From Porphyridium purpureum (Eukaryota), in contig VRMN01000006.1 of assembly GCA_008690995.1 (NCBI GenBank), positions 930,001-975,138 of the forward strand: a DNA stretch of 45,138 nt. The letters run 5' to 3'. The stretch's first letter is position 1. Each line of letters starts with the position of its first letter. The notes under the pieces are model-generated. The model was not told the origin of the DNA. It ran no database searches and worked only from the letters and a program-made list of their open reading frames with translations. The position numbers were made by a program, and so were the translations under genes. This document shows positions 1-10,648 of the stretch, piece by piece.

Positions 1-2
1 TA

Positions 3-1307
3 GCAAACACGCTGGTTGCCATTGAGACGCGCTACCAAACACAGCAGAACGTCCACGGAACAATGATCTGCCGCTTAAATAAGGCACTTTACGGCACCAT
101 TCTGGCAGCAAAGCTTTGGTACGAAAAGCTTACAGGCCTGCTCGTGAAGCTGCGATTCGCGCCGAACCCATACGACGCATGCGTTTGGAACCGAGAGCAG
201 CATGGACGCCACGTGACTGTGGTCATGCATGTGGATGATGTCCTTGTTTCCGCGCCCAGTGAAAGCGACATTGACGGTTTGATTCGAGAGATTAAACATG
301 AGTATGACGGCGTTGAGCGACACCGCGGCAAGATCCTGAGCTACGTCGGGATGGTATTCGATTTCAATACTCCTGGGATCGTCTCCGTGAGCATGCCAGG
401 CTACGTGGAGACAGTACTTGAAGAATCCCCGGTCAGCGGCCGCAGCTCCTCCCCAGCCGGTACAAACCTCTTTGCTGTGAGCAATAAGGTCGAGCGTCTG
501 TCCGGCCCGCGTGCAGACCGTTTCCATTCTCTGGTGTGCAAGCTGTTGTATATGGCGAAATGTGCGCGTCCTGACTTGTTGACCGCGGTCAGCTTTTTGA
601 GCACGCGCGTAACCACGCCGACCGTCGAAAATGAGAGAAAACTCCAGCGTGCGCTGCGTTACCTCTCCACTACCTGCGATCTCGGCGTTGCCTTTGCCGT
701 CTCCAGCCCACCGACAGCTTCTGTGGACGCTGCATTCGATGTCCACGAGGGCATGACCAGCCACACTGGCGTCGCCATTTCGCTGGGACGCGGGGCAATT
801 TTTGCCAAGAGCAGCAAGCAGAAAGTCGTTGCAGAGAGCAGCACTGAAGCTGAGCTGGTCGCGGTCAGCGACAACGTTGGGCAGCTCATCTGGACCCGCA
901 ACTTTCTTGCGGTACAGGGCGTGGACTTAGGCGCGGCGCACTTGCTACAGGACAATATGTCCACGATGGCAATGATTGCCAATGACCGCCCAAAGTCGTC
1001 CCGTACTCGTCACATGCATATCCGGCACTTCTTCGTCACCGACAAGGCGAAGAACGGGGAGGTTGTGGTGCACCACTGCCCCAGCGACGGCATAACCGCC
1101 GATATCTTAACCAAGCCATTGCAGGGGCCAAGGTTTCAAAAGCTGCGAGATCAGCTACTCGGACGAACGCCCTTCCGCGCCAAGCAGGCAGGGAGTGTGT
1201 TGAAGAATGCGGCGGTACAGCTACCGACAGATGAACCGCACGACGAAGAAGCAGCAGGTGCCTGCATAGGCGCCGCTGCCGGGACGGCCGAGGCGCGGAT
1301 CTCTTAG
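3..1307 (+). CDS. Ty1/copia pol polyprotein, C-terminal part (reverse transcriptase + RNase H), 5'-truncated by the window edge
   Basis: Frame is open from base 3. RT motifs LNKALYG..AAKLWY, NPYDACV, VVMHVDD; RNase H motifs VDAAF.VH..M.SHTG, KQKVVAESSTEAE, QDN.S, RTRHMHIRHFF, ADILTKPLQG. Confidence 0.95.
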   Translation, partial: ANTLVAIETRYQTQQNVHGTMICRLNKALYGTILAAKLWYEKLTGLLVKLRFAPNPYDACVWNREQHGRHVTVVMHVDDVLVSAPSESDIDGLIREIKHEYDGVERHRGKILSYVGMVFDFNTPGIVSVSMPGYVETVLEESPVSGRSSSPAGTNLFAVSNKVERLSGPRADRFHSLVCKLLYMAKCARPDLLTAVSFLSTRVTTPTVENERKLQRALRYLSTTCDLGVAFAVSSPPTASVDAAFDVHEGMTSHTGVAISLGRGAIFAKSSKQKVVAESSTEAELVAVSDNVGQLIWTRNFLAVQGVDLGAAHLLQDNMSTMAMIANDRPKSSRTRHMHIRHFFVTDKAKNGEVVVHHCPSDGITADILTKPLQGPRFQKLRDQLLGRTPFRAKQAGSVLKNAAVQLPTDEPHDEEAAGACIGAAAGTAEARIS

Positions 1308-1345
1308 ACCCTTTCGGGAGGGTGTCACGTTCAACTTTGCCAACA
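1182..1345 (+). mobile_element. Candidate polypurine tract and short 3' LTR of the copia element
   Basis: Purine-rich AAGCAGGCAGGGAG directly after the RNase H end, then TGTTG at 1198 and the matching inverted CAACA ending at 1345. The second LTR is not in the window. Confidence 0.55.
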
Positions 1346-1749
1346 GTAGACTTTCTATAAAGTTGAAAGTGGATTTTATAACAATCGTATCCCTAGAGTA
1401 TCTTGTGGCTGTGCAACAAATGTGTTGGAATGGAAACCCTAGAGGTAAATACTGTCTACACCTGTGCTCAGTCGCATGCACGGTCAAAGCAGAAGGTGGC
1501 TCAAGACGAGCTGCGCCAAGTGCTGACAAGAAAGGGGGCGCGACACCAAGTGCTGATAAGAAACAGGACGCGGCGCCCCTTGGCCAACGCTACCCCTAAA
1601 TGGGCAGCACAATTGTTTTTACAAGTTTTTTATGGAATCCTTTTGTTGCACGACCGGTCAAGTGGTCGTGAAGTGGCCGACAAGCAGAGGTTTTTCAAAC
1701 GTGCGGGTTTTTTCCTCGAGCGAAGTCGGCCTTATATAAAGCGTCACGT

Positions 1750-2400
1750 ATGATGGCTAGAATGGAAAAAAGTAAAAAGAGAGTAACTGTCAATTGAAGA
1801 AGAAGAAGAATCTTTGAGAAGGGAAGAATTGCTGCGTGACGGTCATTGGCAGCAAAAAACCAGGTACAGATTAAAGTGTACCTGGAGTGGAGGAAAGAGG
1901 AAGGAAAAACTCAAAGCGTTTTACCCACAACACCGAGACGCTCATTGAAGTTGAGAAGAATAGGAGCGACCGAGACCTTCGGTTGATGTGTGAGGACGGT
2001 GGTTCGAAAACACGGACCACACCTCTGTACCGCGATCGAGAGAGCTTCTACGCCTTGGTCTGCTCTCTATGGCGAAGATGTACGAGCACGCGCGTCAAGA
2101 ATAGCCATCTCATTCGACGTTGCGTGATTTCTCGCATGCTTCCAGCGCTCTTTGTCGACATACTCGTGGATTGAGGGCAAAGATGATGTTGCATTGGAGA
2201 TGCTCAATTTGTGCCGAGACTACAGGCCCAGCGCAAGGCAAAGGAGCTTGCCTTGCTTTGTACAAAGTCCGTTACCGGGTCGGTCGATAATCCAATTATT
2301 TAGCACATCTGCGCCGAGCAAACTTGGGTATGGGCTCAACCTCACGCAGAGGGTTGCTGGGCAGTCGTTCAGGAACAAATTAAAGCGTCCTTTGCTGGGT
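1750..2400 (+). pseudogene. Possible degraded PIF/Harbinger (Plant_tran-type) transposase N-terminal half
   Basis: Fragments YRDRESFYALV, IRRCVISRMLPALFVDIL, CFVQ..LPGR and TSAPSKLGYG resemble, in order, RDRE / FRRRFRM...LF..I / YFxQ..DA.GR / TAA.R.LAYG. TATATAAA at ~1733 and an E-rich start. Many stops. Confidence 0.35.
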
Positions 2401-2492
2401 GCGGTTGGTCCAGACATTTCGAAATGATGCATGTCCGGATCTCTCTCCTGCTTGGGCTCCAAATTAAAGTGGCCACCCGCTTCCTTTACCAA

Positions 2493-2544
2493 CCGTTTCA
2501 GCTCCGTTTCAGCTCCGTTTCAGCTCCGTTTCAGCTCCGTTTCA
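2493..2544. repeat. 11-bp minisatellite (CCGTTTCAGCT)x~4.7
   Basis: Read directly from the sequence. Confidence 0.95.
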
Positions 2545-4859
2545 CCACCGATTGACCAAGGGAAACCTAGTCTTGGATTACCTGAACAGCTTGATTTTCG
2601 TGTGCAGAGAGAAGGGCTAGCTGCGCGGTACGCAGTTGTAGTTTAAGAGTGGCAGAGTGGGAGGAAACGAGGAAGTATATTGAAGATGTTTATTTATGCT
2701 CTTCTCAAAATCCTTTAGATACTCCAGTGCACTCCTTGTCGCTTGCCCCATGTCTGTTCCGAGCGCAAACTTTGAGCTTCGGTTTCTTTTCAATCTCCAT
2801 CAGACGCTCGTCTTTGCTTTCCGTATGCTTGACATCGTTTCGACAGATTTCTCAGGACCCTGCGTCCCTATAGACGTGAAGAACGTAAAGATGAAGTTGC
2901 TCGAATATCTTTCAAAGAAAAGAGAGTAGGATGAACAGAAGTCCAAAGCATGTGCGTTGATCGTGGGATAGCCAAGCCCCGTATCCATCGATGCAACCAT
3001 GCGTGCTGAAGGGCATGTTGAGATCGCAGCAGCAGTGAATGACGCACTGAAGCTCGCCGAACAAAGATTGGCAGTTCATGTGACAGGAGGCTCGAGCGGA
3101 CCGATAAAAATCAGCAACGTGTTAGTGACATGTATCTTAGGGTAGCAGTAGAGCCTGGCGAGAGTACGATACAGTTTTGTGCCAGATTTGACGCAACTGC
3201 ATGTATCATGAAATCAGTGGGCGAATTGACAAGTGACACGGAGAGATGCGTGGTTGACTTCACTGACAAAATAGAAGTGTCCGGTTGCTATCGACAGATA
3301 ATTGTGCAAGTGATGAACAGTCCCGTCTCCATGGATACTGTTGATGTAGCTGTGAGCGTCGTGTCAGTGCACAAAAGGCTATCGTAGCCCGCAGTGCCAG
3401 ACGGAAGATTTTATTTATAGCTGAAGAAAAGGCTGTCAGTAACGAAGGCCACAACAAGCAAACTGAGAATGCACCGAAAAGGGAGCAGCCAAAACCGAAT
3501 CGCACTCGATTGGGTGCGGAAAGCGTGGTTTTATACATATCGACTGCCAGTAGTCAGACAGGGTCGAGGCGCTCCAAAAGAAAGTGGAAGACATGAAACG
3601 AAAATAGCGCAGCGAATTGCAAGACAAATGTATGATGCAACAGGGGCTTGCGAAGGAGGGAGGGATTCTCAGTAGTACGTCGACTTCGGAAAGTGTGTTA
3701 CAATGCGATGCGTCGCAGTCGAAGCGGTGAGCGGCTACCTTGGCTGATAGGGCAGCCTTCCCCAAATCTGAGATCGATTTGGATAGCGGTTTGTTAGACC
3801 ACGTGTTTAGCAACGGTCACTTGGTTGTGAATAGCCGACTTGCGTCGCAAATTTTATCATTCAGCAGGATAACCAAGCGAAAACTTAGAGGACAAAGCCG
3901 TTTTTAAATATACGATCGTGCGCAGACACTTCGACATTCATGACGATGCTGCAACTTTCATGGGTTAGGTCGCGTACGCGAAATAAGTAGGCCAGGGTCG
4001 CATCCGACAAATGGATGAGGACCCATGCGTAGAAGACAACGCGGAAGAAGCGGGGCCCGTAGCAGCAGCACGCTCACGCGAATGCTTCACTTGCGACACG
4101 AGCAACCATTTCTAGTGCGACTGTGACGTACTGCTGATGAATGACGAGATGACTGAACGGATACGAGCCGAGCAGTAGAGGAAGGTGCGCTTGGCGAGAC
4201 GCGACACGGGCGGACGTGGGCCGGAGCTGGCCGGGGCGACGCAGCAGCAGCTGCGAGCCGCTCTTGACGCGTTGAAGAGTAATGCCGATGCATGACGGTG
4301 CGCGATGTGGCCCGTGAGCTCCGGTGGTAAGATACCTCTAGGTCTCGACACCTGCTCAGTTGCGCACGTCATGAACATAAGGAACTTGTTGATCCGGTAG
4401 AAAAAGTTGAAACATATTGGCTACTATCCGGTATTGACGCACGGGCGAGCGAGCTAGCCATCGATCTTGGGGGTGAGAAGGCCTGGACATGGCGTAAGTC
4501 TATGAAAGCCTGGCAGGCAACGTACTGCCAATGACCAAGCTGGACGCGGAAGGGCATGTGGTACGATTCGACGCGGATGAGATCTGCCTTGGCGCGCACC
4601 TGCCAAACGCGAAACGCTGGTTGGTCTTCACACCGAATGTGCACGGGATGTACACTGCGAGGGTGTGCCGAGCAGATCTCGTGCACACGACGGACCCAGA
4701 ATTCGAAAAAGGGGGCACGAGTAAAGAAGGCTGGAGCAGTTGCCGGGCGGGCCCATCGTTCGCCAAGGCCGGGGCCTCGAGCTTAGTCACAACGGTCGCA
4801 GTAAAGCGAGAGGCGGAGAAATTGATATCTTCTAAGATTCGCGGGAAGCGTAGGCACAA

Positions 4860-6508
4860 AGCATTGAGGACCGGCGTACGCCAAACGGTGCGTCAATACG
4901 GCATGGACTCAAGGCTATTGTCGCCGAGTTGTTGCAGCTGATCAAGCATGGTCTAGATGTGCTGGAGCCAGTAGATGTGCACACGCTCATGGAGAAACAG
5001 CGGGACGGGGTCATACTGTCGCTCATGTCCGTGGAGCATAAGCACGGCGCTTCCGATGCACTAAAGAAAATCAAAGCGCGGATAGTGGCCGGCGGAAATC
5101 AGCAGGACTGATCGGAGCACTCCGACTTTTCGTCCCCCACGATGGCGACGGAAGCAAGCTTTCTGCTGGCGGCGGAAGCTGTGAGAAGTAAAGCCGCGCT
5201 AGCCCCAATTGACCGCTCAAGGGTGTTTCTCAATGCGACCATCCCTGACAGCGATCGACACACGTACGTGAAAATCGAAAAGAACTTGACGGGACTACTT
5301 GCCACCGTGGAATAGCGTATGAATCGTTTCGTCAAGAACGACCCTCTGGCTTGCAGGTTGAAACGCCCTTTATACGGGTGTACCGACGCATCTAAGCGTT
5401 GGTATGATCCTCTTTACTAGGTGCTGAGCGAGCTCGGGATCAAGCAGAACGCTTGCGAAATGTGCGTCTTGCGGAAAGTCTCCCGCACGGGACAAGCCTA
5501 CATCACGGCGCTGGTGCATGTGGATGACATCAAGCTGATCGCGGACAGTGAGCGTGCGATTGATGAAATGGTAGCCCGAGTACGCGAGAGGTTCCTGACT
5601 CCGCAGGAGCACCGTCGGCGCGTACATAGGTACATGGGAATAGAGTTCGACTGCGTCACTCCGGGAGTGGTGCACATCTAGATAGATGACTTTGCGGACT
5701 CTTTTCTGCGGGAGAAAAATTGTACGCGGCACCGCGGACACACCTGTACAGGCCTGGTTGCTCGTGATTTACAGCTCGCGGTCATTGATGTCGTCCGAAC
5801 AGAGAATTGTTCCTCCACCTCACCGCCAAGATCTTGTACCTCGCAAAGCGGATACGCCCGTACCTGCGTACCGCAGTTGCATTCCTTGCCGCGCGAGTGC
5901 AGGCGCCGAGCGAGAGTGATCGCGCAAAAGTTGGCCGCGTGCTGAGGTACCTCAACAAGGCGCGCGAGATGAAGCTGGGGCTTGGTACGGGTTGCGCTGC
6001 GAACAAGGGCGCGCTCGATTGTGTGAGCCATGCTGTGCCGCACGTGGAGTGCTACGTTGATGCCGCATTCGCGACCCATGCGGACATGCGAAGCCACACT
6101 CGTGACAATGTGAGCTTGAAGCGTGGCGAGGCATACTCTACCGGTGTGAAGCAGAAGCTCAACACGAAGAACTCCACCGAAGCGGAGCTGGTGGGTGTTG
6201 TGATCGGGCAAGCGATTTGAACGCGGTGCTTCCTTGAGGCTCAGGGCGTCCGTACAGCTGGCGTACGCGTACATCAGGACAACGAGGCGACAATGGGTTT
6301 CCTTGCCCACGGCCAAGTAACCTTGCGCAGATCGAGCCGCCTCGCGATGAAGCATATCTGCACGCACAACCTGCTGAAGAGGCGAGTTGCGACGATGGTG
6401 CACTTTGACACCCAGGTCATGGCCGCGGGCCTACTAACCAAGCCGCTGCAGGGGAAGAGGTTCGCACATCTCCACGACATGTTTCTCGGGCGCACGCAAA
6501 ACGCATAA
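4860..6508 (+). pseudogene. Degenerate Ty1/copia pol (RT-RNase H) with many stops and frameshifts; the element probably extends upstream to ~4.0 kb
   Basis: Collinear fragments: AIVAELLQL..VLEPV, KKIKARIVAGGNQQD, LKRPLYG, ALVHVDD, ILYLAKRIRP..AVAFLA, YVDAAFATHADMRSHT, KQKLNTKNSTEAELV, LLTKPLQGKRF. Confidence 0.9.
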
Positions 6509-7929
6509 GCGCTGCGGTGGCTGCTTTTAAATGATCGCATTTGGTTCACCTTAGCGCAGCCCGCACGTCGAAAGGACGTTTTCGTCACGGCGAAGGAGTA
6601 TACAAAACGTCATGGGGTACACTAAGTACTAGCGTACATTGTGCGGCTGGTAGTAGTCGGGAGATCGGGAGGACTGACTTGCCCGCTCTTTCGAGAAGGG
6701 AGTGATTCCACGAAGCATGTCCGGTGATTTCCGGTAAAGTTGTGCTGACTGGCTGTGGCGGGTGTGCCACAGCCCCCACACGCTCACGGAGAGCGCGTAA
6801 GCACAGGGTCGGTTCCGGTACTATTCGTTGACCAAGCGAGGCAGCACTGTCTTCTATTGCATCTCCCGCAGCTGAGCACTACGTTCGGTGGGGTTCGTAA
6901 GCCCAGGGCGCGTACAGCTCTCTCGTAGTCGTAGCATTTGGCCGGCGACCCTGCCCGTTAAGTCAGGAGGATTACCAGGTTTCGCGAGTGAATGGTCGAG
7001 AGGCGTCAATTGTGTGCGTAGAGCTTTCCGCGCTCTTGCAGCTAGCCCCTTTCCACGGCCCAAGTAGGACCGTTGGTGCCCGGCTGATTGCCATTTTTAA
7101 TGGAGTCTGAGGCATTGAACGTCCAAAGTTCTGTCTATTTGTTTTGAACGAGTAATTGTGCTATGGATACGGCCGGTATATACAGAAGTCTTGGCATACT
7201 GGACAAGCCTTTCCAAGGAGCCGGAACGAATGCTCTATATCGGTAGTAGCTGAAGAGCGAGGAGCAAGAATTATGGGAGATAGGAAAGTGTTTCAGAACT
7301 GTAAAAGTTTTGACTGACGGAAGAACGTCTCTGAACGTGGCTTTCAATGTGGCAATTTCTAGTGAAATGTACTGGGAACTGTGCCTTTGTGATCCTGTGG
7401 AGTGATTTCGATGCCAGTGGTTTCTAGCTAGTAAGCAGAATAATTTGTTTATTCAATCACGACGAACTCTTGCCAATAAGTAAATAAGCAGAACAGGCTA
7501 GCCGGCCAGATTGCGCCGCGCAACTCGTAATGTAGGCACGCGCATGATGCTCATCAGCACATGTAAGCGTTAAGTAATTCTTTCCACGTGCGCACGCTGC
7601 TCTTCACCCCGAATACTAGCACGTGCGAAATTCCAACGCACTGGAACATGGCGGCTTTCGCGCTTCTAGCCCGCGAATGCAAATATGGCGAGCTTGTCTC
7701 TCACCTTGCGAAGAACCAGCCAGCTTCACCTCGGTGGCTCACCACTGGCACGCCGCCAATGTGTCGACATCAGCCGCGGATCACGAGCCGGCGTCTTGCT
7801 GCTGGAGGTACAGTTGCGCCGGGTACAACTTTTCGTGGCGGCGCGTCGAGGCGTCACGTCGACAGAGGAAGCGGCCGCGGGCGAGTTTGGGTTCCGTACA
7901 CACGGGCTGCAGGCGGACGTGCTGGTGTG

Positions 7930-10437
7930 ATGGGCCCGGCGATAAAGACGTCGGCGTCGCTGCGACACGGCGGCGCAGGGTGCCGCGGAAGGTGCGGGTG
8001 CGCGCGTACGCGCGGACCGCGCGTGCAGGAGCGCCACGAGCTCGAGCGCGTGCGCGAGGCAGTGGACGCGCTGCGCGCAGAGCCTGATGGAACCGTCGTC
8101 ACAAGCGGCAGCGCACCGCAGACATTTCAAGACATGCCACTTTCGAGCCGCACACTGCGCGGACTGGAGCAGCACGGCTACGTGCGCATGACGCCTGTGC
8201 AGCGCGAGACGCTCGGCCCCCTGCTGGCCGGGCGCGATGTCATGGCAACCGCGCCCACAGGCTCGGGTAAGACGCTTGCATTTGTGATTCCTGTGTTGGA
8301 ACGGCTTTGGCGCGATGGATGGACCCCGCTGGACGGGCTGGGAGCGCTCGTCATTGCTCCCACGCGCGAGCTGGCGTTCCAGACATTCGACGTGCTGCGG
8401 CGCGTGGGAGGCGCGCACACCCTGTCCGCGGGCCTTGTAATTGGCGGAAAGGATTTTGAGCAGGAGCGTGCGCGCATTGCTGGCATGAACATCCTGATTG
8501 CAACGCCCGGGCGCCTGCTGCAGCACCTCGACCAGTCCGCTGCTTTCAGCGCGGACGCGCTGCAGTGCCTCGTGCTGGACGAGGCCGATCGCATTCTCGA
8601 CATGGGCTTTGCCAGCACGCTGGATGCGATATTAGAGCACCTGCCACGCGGAGCGCAGCGTCAGCACCAAACCATTCTCACATCGGCAACGGCCACGACG
8701 TCCGTGCGCGCTCTTGCACGGCTTTCGCTTCACCGCCCAGCATACATTCATGTCACACAGCGCACGGTGGGAGTCCATGCTAACCTTTGCAATGACACAG
8801 ACGGCAGCACACGTGAAGACGCACCGGCTGCTTCGCGGCAGAATAACGATCCGTTGACTGCCGGCGTGCCGGGGGACACCAATATAGCCGTGACACCGCA
8901 ACAGCTGCGGCAAGCATACACAGTGGTGCCCGCTGAGCGCAAGCTGATGGTCCTATGGGCGTTCATGAAGCAACACCTGGACGCTAAAATCGTGGTGTTT
9001 GTTTCGAGCTGCAAGCAGGCGCGCTTCTTGTACGAAGTCCTCCGGCGGCTGCGGCCGGGATTTCCGCTTTTGCATCTCACCGGCAAAATGAAGCAACCTC
9101 GGCGCGTTGCTATGTACGACCAATTTTGTGCACACACTGCCAGCGCGCTTGTTGCAACCGACGTCGCCGCGCGCGGGCTGGATTTTCCACAAGTTGACTG
9201 GGTGCTGCAACTTGATTGTCCAGATTCGGTTGAATCCTATATTCACCGCGTCGGCCGCACCGCACGCTGCGATCGCCCCGGCCGGGCGCTACTGCTGCTC
9301 ACGCCAGCCGAGCAGAGCGGATTTTTGGACCGTCTCGGGCAGCGCGGTCTGGCGCGTGCGGTTCGCCGCACAGATTTGGACGCAAGGCGAATCGCGCAAC
9401 ACGACCCTACATCCAAGGTTCGCAGTATTGTGGCCGCAGACGTCAGCATTAAGAAGCTCGCGCAAGGAGCGCTCAAGAGTTACGTGCGCTGTGTGCATCT
9501 TCAGGCTGACAAGACGGTATTCAGTGCCGATGCGATCGATACGCTTGCGCTGGGCGAGTCTTTTGGCTTGCCGGACGTTGCCATGCCCAAACTCCGGCTC
9601 GGCGGCAGCGGTGCGGGCAGCGGTGCTCAAAGTAAGAACGTGTACGGGTACCGGCACAGCACCGACATCGCGACGATCCTTGAAAGTACTCATGAGCTGG
9701 GAGATGGAACTCGCTCGGCACGCCCAGCGCACTTGGAGAAGATGTCTTCCGCAGCCGCCAAAACTCAAAGCACCGACGTCGAAAAGGATGATGACGCAGG
9801 AGACAACGACGGAGAGCCCTTTTTCGTCGTCAAACGACCGGATGGCACTGGCAAGATCACGCATGAGCCTGAACACGGGGAAAGAGAGGAAGGTGACGAA
9901 GAGGCCCTGGTAACGAAGCCGACTGTAGGGGCGGCGACTGCGTTGAAGAAAGTGAAGATTTCATCCAAAGGTGTGCGCCGTGGGCAAGCCGTGAATCAGA
10001 GAGTAGTATTTCGCGACGATGATGACGACGGCGGCGGTTTTCAGATGGAGTTGGCCACGGCAGACACCGACTCGATGTTGCCGATTCTCGAGTCTTCTGG
10101 GCAACACCAGGCGTACGCAACCACTGTGGCTGAAGCATTGCGGGCACGCGAGCAGGATATTGCCACTCTAGAGAAGACGCGCGTGCGTGAGAAGCGGCTA
10201 AAGCGTAAGCTACAGGAGCGCGAGGCTCTGAAAAGTACAGCCGCTCAAACCAGCAATGGCTTAGTGCTGCCCGTAGTGGATGCAGCAGGCTTTGGCAGCC
10301 CAAGCGACAACAGCCTGGATGGATCTGGTTCAGATGTCGATTCAGAATCGAGCTTGGAACCCAACCTGACAATGCATGAAGACGAAGAACAGCTAGCGCT
10401 GCGTGTGCTCAGCAAGCGCATGAAGCGCAGCACTTGA
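7930..10437 (+). CDS. DDX10: DEAD-box ATP-dependent RNA helicase DDX10/DBP4 (18S rRNA biogenesis)
   Basis: Q motif FQDMPLS, APTGSGKT, WTPLDGLGALVIAPTRELA, LSAGLVIGGK, ATPGRLLQHL, LDEADRILDMGF, SAT, ATDVAARGLDFP.VDWV.Q.DCP, YIHRVGRTAR, SYVRCVHLQADK.VF. Start uncertain: in-frame ATGs also at 7648 and 7759. Confidence 0.92.
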   Translation: MGPAIKTSASLRHGGAGCRGRCGCARTRGPRVQERHELERVREAVDALRAEPDGTVVTSGSAPQTFQDMPLSSRTLRGLEQHGYVRMTPVQRETLGPLLAGRDVMATAPTGSGKTLAFVIPVLERLWRDGWTPLDGLGALVIAPTRELAFQTFDVLRRVGGAHTLSAGLVIGGKDFEQERARIAGMNILIATPGRLLQHLDQSAAFSADALQCLVLDEADRILDMGFASTLDAILEHLPRGAQRQHQTILTSATATTSVRALARLSLHRPAYIHVTQRTVGVHANLCNDTDGSTREDAPAASRQNNDPLTAGVPGDTNIAVTPQQLRQAYTVVPAERKLMVLWAFMKQHLDAKIVVFVSSCKQARFLYEVLRRLRPGFPLLHLTGKMKQPRRVAMYDQFCAHTASALVATDVAARGLDFPQVDWVLQLDCPDSVESYIHRVGRTARCDRPGRALLLLTPAEQSGFLDRLGQRGLARAVRRTDLDARRIAQHDPTSKVRSIVAADVSIKKLAQGALKSYVRCVHLQADKTVFSADAIDTLALGESFGLPDVAMPKLRLGGSGAGSGAQSKNVYGYRHSTDIATILESTHELGDGTRSARPAHLEKMSSAAAKTQSTDVEKDDDAGDNDGEPFFVVKRPDGTGKITHEPEHGEREEGDEEALVTKPTVGAATALKKVKISSKGVRRGQAVNQRVVFRDDDDDGGGFQMELATADTDSMLPILESSGQHQAYATTVAEALRAREQDIATLEKTRVREKRLKRKLQEREALKSTAAQTSNGLVLPVVDAAGFGSPSDNSLDGSGSDVDSESSLEPNLTMHEDEEQLALRVLSKRMKRST

Positions 10438-10648
10438 GAGCCGCCACAGAGGCTAAGTGTTGCGGTGTCTGTTATTATATATACATGGACCTCCTTCGTA
10501 CCTAATCCTGAATCAGGTCTGATTTGAGCATCGCACCCCTCTTCTCTTTCCGTCTCTGCCGTCTCGATTTGGACCACACGTAGACGCACAGAAACGAAAA
10601 GAAAGAGTCATGATGACCGTATCGCGCGTCACACGCCTCGATAGTATG

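Noticed and set aside
2493..2544. 11-bp repeats as telomeric, CRISPR or iteron sequence
   Set aside because: Fewer than 5 units, no spacers, internal position; a simple slippage repeat.
6960..7080. tRNA-like A-box text (GAATGGTCGAGAGGCG)
   Set aside because: No cloverleaf or GTTCRA T-arm at the right spacing.
7588..7929. Extended DDX10 N-terminus from GTG 7588
   Set aside because: Non-ATG start and low-information sequence; recognisable homology begins only after ~7930.
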